The notes beneath the pieces are model-generated. The model was not told where the DNA came from. It saw nothing but the letters and a program-made list of their open reading frames with translations, and did no database searches. Below, one piece after another: positions 52,301 through 61,300 of a stretch of DNA of 64,000 nucleotides. The translations under genes were made by a program, and so were the position numbers. Position 1 is the first letter of the stretch; each line of letters starts with the position of its first letter. The stretch lies in assembly GCA_965637545.1 (NCBI GenBank), contig OZ281501.1:11532001-11596000 (forward strand). The letters run 5' to 3'. Origin of the DNA: Phallusia mammillata. Its lineage: Eukaryota.

Positions 52301-55300
52301 TGTCCAACCTAATTGGTCGAATGTTATGCGAGTGGCATGAACTTTCAACTCTACCTCTTAGACGTAAACAAGGTAATGTTGCATGTACTTTCAAATTTAT
52401 GTGAACCAAATTGAGTGAGACAATTAGGTTGTTGTGTAGGCAATTAACGAAAATTAACCTTTGCACGATAACCAGTGATGAAAAACCTACATAGCGTCTG
52501 CTGTTAAATAGAACTGCATTAGTATTTTTTGTACTTTTTTCACCCAACTTTAAAACAGTAGACTTAAAACCGACTGTTTTGTTTCAGCGGAAAGAGGAGT
52601 GATATCTGTGTTACCCCAAACAAGGCAAATCAAATGGCCAGTTGATACAATTGAATTTGAAATTCTGAGAGAGAATGGAAGTTATGGGCCAATGCGCGTA
52701 GCTTGGTCGATAGGTGACAGTGCTAGTTGCAGCTCATCCAGCTCGTCCAGTTCGTCCAGCTCCTCAAGTGATTCGAGTGATGACGGTGAAAGTCTTTCCC
52801 GTTATTTTCAACAAATTTCGGGCGACGTCTGGTTTGCTAACAACGAAAATTCACGAAAGTTTGATGTTTCCACACACCCGGATGTCATGTTGGAAGAAGA
52901 CACGTTTGCATGTCTTTCGATTGCTCCTATGACACCTGGTGTTGCTTTGAAGGATGGTGGAGTAATCTCAACTTTAACTTTGATGCCTGAGAGGGGTTGC
53001 GTGGCAGTGGAACCTGTAAATGCTGATATAAGTTGGCCACCGCCAGACAATTCAATCGAGTTTAATGTAAAACGTAACCTTGGAACTTGCGGTCGAGCGT
53101 ACTTGCAGTGGGACCTCAAGCAAAACGAGCCAAGTGACAGTGATTCTGGTGAGTTGTTTCAACAGACTACTGGCGACATCCATCTTGCGAACGGGGAATC
53201 AGAACGTTTCTTTAGGATACCGGTATCCACTGACGTGTACGGACCACGCAAGGACTCCAGCTACTCTTTGAATATCACGCCAATCACACCAGAGCTAACT
53301 GTAGATCCAAGCTCGGAAAGCGTTCAGTTTACCATGCTTGAACGTGTACCTCCGGGCACAATATCGTTCGAACGCAGACATGTCGACTGTAAAACTGAAA
53401 ATGTGTCGCAAATTGAGATACCGGTAGTACGCGAAAATGGCACTGGTGGAAAAGTCACTGCTGAATACTTTACACGAGACGAAACTGCGTCGGCTGGGGT
53501 TGAATATGAAGAAGATTTAGCGCAAGGGGTGGTCTCATTTGATGACGGCCAATCCCAAAGCAGCATAGTGCTAAACCTAGTCCAAGGTGCCAAGTACAGA
53601 AAACCAAAGAAGCTTTTGATTGAACTTGGGCTGACATCTGGTGATGCTGAACTTGGTACTTTGTATGAAACAGAGGTGATGTTACTTCCGACCTACGTTG
53701 AGCCTCCAGGCGTAATTGGCTTCGAAAGTGATGACGACGTGCAGTTGTGCGTGAATGACTCCCAAAACTTGGAAGTTATCGTAGACAGAAGCGAAGGTGT
53801 TGAAGGCGACGTCGGTGTTCTCTGCATTATTAAGAGCGAAAGCTCGGAAGAGGCGGAAAAACACTTTGCAAGCCTTGAAAAAGAGATAGCATTTGCCGAT
53901 GGCGAAACAAAGTGCGAAGTAAACATTGACTTGCTAAAGGAGCGTTACCGAAAGTCTTTACATTTTTCGATCGTCTTGGCCAAACCAAAGGGTGGTGCAA
54001 AACTTGGAAAACGCACTGAAAAGAGGCTAACGTTGTTACCAACGTACGTTGAACCGCCCGGAAAATTTACCATCCCTAAACTTGAACATCAGAAGTTCAG
54101 CACCTGTGCCACATACAAAAGCACATACCAGATAACGTTGGACAGAACGGGTGGTGTCGGGGGAGATGTAGCTGTAAATTACAGAACTGAAGATGGGACA
54201 GCCGTTGAAGGAAAACATTACAAAGGAAGCAGTGGCGTGTTAAACGTAAAAGATGGGGAAAAGAATGGTACATGCGACATAGAGTTGTTACCTTGCGAAT
54301 ATCGCGAAGAGTTGTTTTTCTATGTCTATGTTGAAAAACCACAAGGTGGCGCTGAACTTGGCGAAGAGAAGCAAATGAAGATCACGCTACTACCGACAGA
54401 TACAGAACCACCTGGAGTGCTTCATTTGCCACAAGAGTCCGTCAAAGCTGATTCCAACGAGTCGGAAATCATTAAAATACCAATTTCCAGAACCAATGGA
54501 GTTGGTGGTGAAGTAACAGTACGCGTTAAAACGATTGACGACAGTGCAAAGGACGATGTTCATTACAAAGGTATTGACGGGACAGTTACTCTCAAAGATC
54601 GCCAGGACCATGTCGACTTGCCAATTTCTTTGCTTCCAGCTGTTTACAGAAAAGAGCTCAAGTTTTATATTGAGATTGGAAATGCATCTGGAGGAGCAGA
54701 TGTTGAGAACAACAAGCTAACCATCGTTCTGCTTCCTACAGACACGGAACCAGAGGGAGTGATTGCGTTGCCGAACGACGCAGAAGTTAAAGTAGATGCA
54801 AATGAAGATAAAATGGCTAAGATACCAATAAAGCGAGTTAATGGTGTCGGTGGTGAAAAGATTTTGAAATACAAAACAAGCGATGGGAGTGCCAAAGCTG
54901 GAATCCACTACGAGTCTGCGGAAGGCGATATTACACTCAAAGATCGTCAAGCTGACGAAAATATCGAGATAAGGCTGCTGCCAGCAATGTACAGGGACAC
55001 ATTGGCTTTTAGCGTACTCATTGAAGATCCAAGTCAGGAGACAGAAGTTACTGCACCAGTCAAGCTGTTGCCAACTGACACCGAACCGCCTGGTAAACTT
55101 ACTTTACCTGATTGTGACGACCTTGTTTCCAATGCTAATGATGATAACGTCGTAAAAATTCCTGTGAGGCGAGTTAAAGGTGCAGGTGGTGAAGTTTCTG
55201 TTGCAATCAAAACACACGATGATACCGCATTGGATGGAGTCCACTATGTAGGCATAGATGGAAGGGTGACTTTGAAGGACAGACAAACTGAAGCTGAAAT

Positions 55301-58300
55301 ACCAGTGCAACTCATATCTACCATGTACAGAAATCCACTGAAATTTACTGTTGAAATCAGCGATCCCTCAGATGGAGCAGATCTCGGAAACAATCCCCAT
55401 AGTCACGTGACTTTACAGCCTACTGATGAAGAACCAGAGGGAAGGCTGACTTTTATATCGGAGTCTGGCCAACCAAGTACTGAAGTGAATGCGAATGATT
55501 GCGAAACTGTCACGATCGATGTTGGGCGAATGGACGGAGTTGGTGGAGACAAAACTGTGCATTTTAGAACAAAAGAGGGTTCTGCAAAAGACGGAAAACA
55601 TTTCAAGGGATGCGAGGGAACCTTAGTTTTGAAAGATCGTGAATCGAAAGGAAGCATTTTCATTCCTCTTCTACCTGAAGTTTATCGCGATACATTATTA
55701 TTTGACGTTGAAATTCACGACCCTAGTGCACCTACCGATAAAGTAACAACCACGATTAAACTTTTACCCACAGACAATGAACCCGAAGGTGAGATTTCGA
55801 TACCAGATGATGCTGGAGTTGAAGTAGATGCAACAAAAGACAAATCAGTGATGATTCCCGTGAAAAGAGTTAATGGTGTCGGTGGTGAAAAGATTTTGAA
55901 ATACAAAACAAGCGATGGCAGTGCTAAAGCTGGAATTCACTACGAGTCTGCGGAAGGCGATATTAGATTGAAAGATCGCCAAGCAGATGATAATGTGAAA
56001 ATTAAGCTGCTGCCAGCAATGTACAGAGATACATTGGACTTTAATGTAATCATTGAAGACCCAAGTCAGCAGACAGAAGTTACTGCACCAGTCAAGCTGT
56101 TGCCAACTGACACCGAACCGCCTGGTAAGCTTACTTTACCTGATTGTAATGATCTTGTTTCCAATGCCAATGATGTTGACGTCATAAAAATTCCTGTGAG
56201 GCGAGTTGAAGGTGCAGGAGGTGAAGTTTCTGTTGCAGTCAAAACACACGATGATACCGCATTGGATGGAGTCCACTATGTAGGCATAGATGGTAGAGTG
56301 ACTTTGAAGGACAGACAAACTGAAGCTGAAATACCAGTGAAGCTCCTATCTACCATGTACAGAAACCCACTAAAATTTACTGTTGAAATCAGCGATCCCT
56401 CAGATGGAGCTGATCTCGGAAACAATCCACATACTCACGTGACTTTACAGCCTACTGATGAAGAACCAGAGGGAAGGCTGACTTTTATATCGGAGTCTGG
56501 CCAACCAAGTACTGAAGTGAATGCGAATGATTGCGAAACTGTCACGATCGATGTTGGGCGAATGGACGGAGTTGGTGGAGACAAAACTGTGCATTTTAAA
56601 ACAATAGAGGGTTCTGCGAAAGACGGAAAACATTTCAAGGGATGCGAGGGAACCTTAGTTTTGAAAGATCGTGAATCGAAAGGAAGCATTTCAATTCCTC
56701 TTTTACCTCAAATTTTCCGCGATACATTGACATTTGACGTTGAAATTCACGACCCTAGTGGACCTACCGATAAAGCAACCACAACTATTAAACTTTTACC
56801 CACAGACAATGAACCCGAAGGTGAGATTTCGGCACCAGATGATGCTGGAGTTGAAGTAGATGCAACAAAAGATAAATTAGTGATGATTCCAGTGAAAAGA
56901 GTTCATGGTGTCGGTGGTGAAAAAAATTTGAAATACAAAACAAGCGATGGCAGTGCCAAAGCTGGAATCCACTACGAGTCTGTTGAAGGCGATATTATTC
57001 TCAAAGATCGTCAAGCTGACGAAAATATCGAGATAAGGCTGCTGCCAGCAATGTACAGGGACACATTGGCTTTTAGCGTAATCATTGAAGATCCAAGTCA
57101 GCAGACAGAATTTACTACACCAGTCAAGCTGTTGCCAACTGACACCGAACCGCCTGGTAAACTTACTTTACCAGATTGTGACGATCTTGTTTCCAATGCT
57201 AATGATGAAAACGTCGTAAAAATTCCTGTGAGGCGAGTTGAAGGTGCAGGTGGTGAAGTTTCTGTTGCAATCAAAACACACGATGATACCGCATTGGATG
57301 GAGTCCACTATAAAGGCATAAATGGAAGGGTGACTTTGAAGGACAGACAAACCGAAACTGAAATACCAGTGCAGCTTCTGTCTTCCATGTACAGAAATCC
57401 ACTGAAATTTACTGTTGAAATCAGCGATCCCTCAGATGGAGCTGATCTCGGAAACAATCCACATACTCACGTGACTTTACAGCCTACTGATGAAGAACCA
57501 GAGGGAAGGCTGACTTTTATATCGGAGTCTGGCCAACCAAGTACTGAAGTGAATGCGAATGATTGCGAAACTGTCACGATCGATGTTGGGCGAATGGACG
57601 GAGTTGGTGGAGACAAAACTGTGCATTTTAGAACAAAAGAGGGTTCTGCAAAAGACGGAAAACATTTCAAGGGATGCGAGGGAACCTTAGTTTTGAAAGA
57701 TCGTGAATCGAAAGGAAGCATTTTCATTCCTCTTCTACCTGAAGTTTATCGCGATACATTATCATTTGACGTTGAAATTCACGACCCTAGTGCACCTACC
57801 GATAAAGCAACGACAACGATTAAACTTTTACCCACAGACAATGAACCCGAAGGTGAGATTTCGATACCAGATGATGCTGGAGTTGAAGTAGTGGCAACAA
57901 AAGACAAATCAGTGATGATTCCAGTGAAAAGAGTTCATGGTGTCGGTGGTGAAAAGATTTTAAAATTTAAAACCAGCAATGGGAGTGCTAAAGCTGGAAT
58001 TCACTACGAGTCTGCGGAAGGCGATATTAGATTGAAAGATCGCCAAGCAGATGATAATGTGAAAATTAAGCTGCTGCCAGCAATGTACAGAGATACATTG
58101 GACTTTATTGTAATCATTGAAGATCCAAGTCAGCAGACAGAATTTACTACACCAGTCAAGCTGTTGCCAACTGACACCGAACCGCCTGGTAAGCTTACTT
58201 TACCTGATTGTGACGATCTTGTTTCCAATGCTAATGATGATAACGTCGCAAAAATTCCTGTGAGGCGAGTTGAAGGTGCAGGAGGTGAAGTTTCTGTTGC

Positions 58301-61300
58301 AATCAAAACACACGATGATACCGCACTGGATGGAGTCCACTATAAAGGCATAGATGGAAGGGTGACTTTGAAGGACAGACAAACTGAAGCTGAAATACCA
58401 GTGCAGCTTCTGTCTACCATGTACAGAAATCCATTGAAATTTGCTGTTGAAATCAGCGATCCCTCAGATGGAGCTGATCTCGGAAACAATCCCCATACTC
58501 ACGTGACTTTACAGCCTACTGATGAAGAACCAGAGGGAAGGCTGACTTTTATATCGGAGTCTGGCCAACCAAGTACTGAAGTGAATGCGAATGATTGCGA
58601 AACTGTCACGATCGATGTTGGGCGAATGGACGGAGTTGGTGGAGACAAAACTGTGCATTTTAGAACAAAAGAGGGTTCTGCAAAAGACGGAAAACATTTC
58701 AAGGGATGCGAGGGAACCTTAGTTTTGAAAGATCGTGAATCGAAAGGAAGCATTTTCATTCCTCTTTTACCTCAAATTTTCCGCGATACATTGACATTTG
58801 ACGTTGAAATTCACGACCCTAGTGCACCTACCGATAAAGCAACCACAACTATTAAGCTTTTACCTACAGACAATGAACCCGAAGGTGAGATTTCGGCACC
58901 AGATGACGTTGGAGTTGAAGTAGATGCAACAAAAGATAAATCAGTGATGATTCCAGTGAAAAGAGTTCATGGTGTCGGTGGTGAAAAGATTTTGAAATAT
59001 AAAACAAGCGATGGCAGTGCTAAAGCTGGAATCCACTACGAGTCTGCTGAAGGTGATATTACACTGAAAGATCGCCAAACTGATGGTGATGTGGAAGTAA
59101 AGCTGTTGCCGGCAACATACAGAGATACACTGGACTTTACTGTAACTCTTAAGGATCCTGGTCAAGACAAAGAAGTACCTTTTAGAGTAAAGCTTTTACC
59201 CACTGACTGTGAACCAGCTGGAAAGATGACAATGTCCGACGTGGTGCAAGTTAATGCCAATGACGTTGATGTCGCTATGGTTACTGTACAACGGGTCGGT
59301 GGAGTTGGTGGACAAGTATCTGTTGCAATAAAAACTGCTAATAATAGTGCTGTTGATGGCGTCCATTACAAGGGCATGGACGGCCGCGTAACATTAAAGG
59401 ACAGACAGCAGAATGTTAAATTGCCAATAGCCCTTGTCCAAGAAAGCTACCGAACACCACTCAAGTTTTATGTTATAATGGATGACCCAATCGGAGAGGC
59501 AGAAATTTCTGAAGACAATAAATGCACGGTGACACTTTTACCAACGGATACAGAACCACAAGGATTTTTAGGATTTTTAGACAGGCAAAGTGAAGAAATT
59601 TCGGTCAACGCCAACGAGATTGGACGCCTTGAAATCCCAGTGAAAAGGTACTCTGGCATCGGAGGAACTGTAACGGCGTCGTACAACACCATCGATGGGT
59701 CGGCAAAAGCTGGAAAACACTACTTGCCGGTTTCGGGAACTTTAACTTTTGGAGATCGTCAAGACAGCGACGAAATATCGATAACTTTGTTACCAGAAAC
59801 GTATCGCAACGAGCTTGACTTTGAACTTGAAATACAGTCTAGTGACGACAAGAAAACATCAAACATGAAAATACTTCTAGCACCAACTGACACCGAAACA
59901 CCAGGCGAACTGACCTTGCCTGACAATGATGTACTTGAAGTTAGTGCCAAGAATTGCAACAGTCTTGGAATTCCGATAAGACGCAAGAACGGGGCAGGTG
60001 GCGAAGTTTCCTTCCGTGTGCGAACCATAGACGGAACAGCTCAGGACGGAAAACACTACAGAGGGATCAACCGTCAAATTACCCTCAAAGACCGTGAAGA
60101 GTTTGTTGAGGTAGAAGTCCCTCTACTCCCACTCCTTTACCGCGACAAACTCGACCTGGTTGTGGAAATTGACCAACCACAGGGCGGGGCTACCCTCGGT
60201 GACGTCAGCAAGTCAACTGTGACGTTTTTGCCGACTGACGACGAGCCAGCTGGGAACTTGACTTGGCCCGGGTTAGACAATGACGATACAGTTACGTGCG
60301 ATGGAAGCACTGTCAAACACGTCGTTGTGCCGATTAGACGCGTTAATGGTAAGGGCGGGCCTATCTCAATCTCATACCGCACTAGGGATGATACCGCAAA
60401 AGCAGATGAACATTACGTACCGACTTCTGGCAACTTGACTATTGGTGACAGGAAAACTGAAGGCGAAATACGCATTCCAATAAAACCTAAAATGTACAGA
60501 AGCGAGTTGAAGTTTTTCCTGGAGATTGGCCGGCCTGACGGCGGAAAAAGCGAAGTACAAATTGTCCTGCAGCCAACTGATAAGGAACCGAGGGGCGAGG
60601 TCGTGTTTAAAGCAGATAAGGATCTGGTCAAAACGAATGCAAATGAAGCGGACAGTGTCGATATTAATTTGGCAAGGATTGGTGGCGTTGGCGGAGAAAT
60701 GCATCTCCATGTTAAGACTGAGGACGGAAGTGCAAAGAGAGATAAGCATTATACCAGCGTTGAGAGAAATTTTGTGATCAAAGATCGCGAACAGGAAGCT
60801 CAAATCAAAGTTCCATTGCTCAAAGAAATGTACAACGACCCCAAGTCCTTCTACGTGGTATTGACCGATCAACACACACAAAAATCAACTAAAATGACCG
60901 TCATGCTCTTTCCTACTTACATTGAACCTCCTGGTGAGATTACATTCGAAACCGATAAAATAAAACTCGGTGAACCTGAAGATAGAAAGGTGATTATTCC
61001 TCTCAAACGCGAAAATGGATGTGGTGGCAAAGTTGGAATGAGCTATGAAACAATACCAGGTAGCGCAAAAGCAGGAGTGCATTTTGAACCTGCGTCTGAA
61101 GTGCTTGAACTTGAAGATGGGGCAAAGGATTGTGCAGTTGAGATAAAACTTCTTAATGCAAAGTATAGAAGCGAACTGGACTTTCATGTCAGACTCTTTG
61201 ATCCTGTGGGTGGGATACAACTTAAGCAATCTGATATTGAAATCAAACTTCCTCCTACAGACACAGAACCGACTGGTAAATTGTTTTTTGATTCTCCAGA

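Noticed and set aside
55104-58759. Recurrent minus-strand ORFs in the tandem array
   Set aside because: Antisense shadows of the 1,032-bp coding repeat with no independent domain signal.
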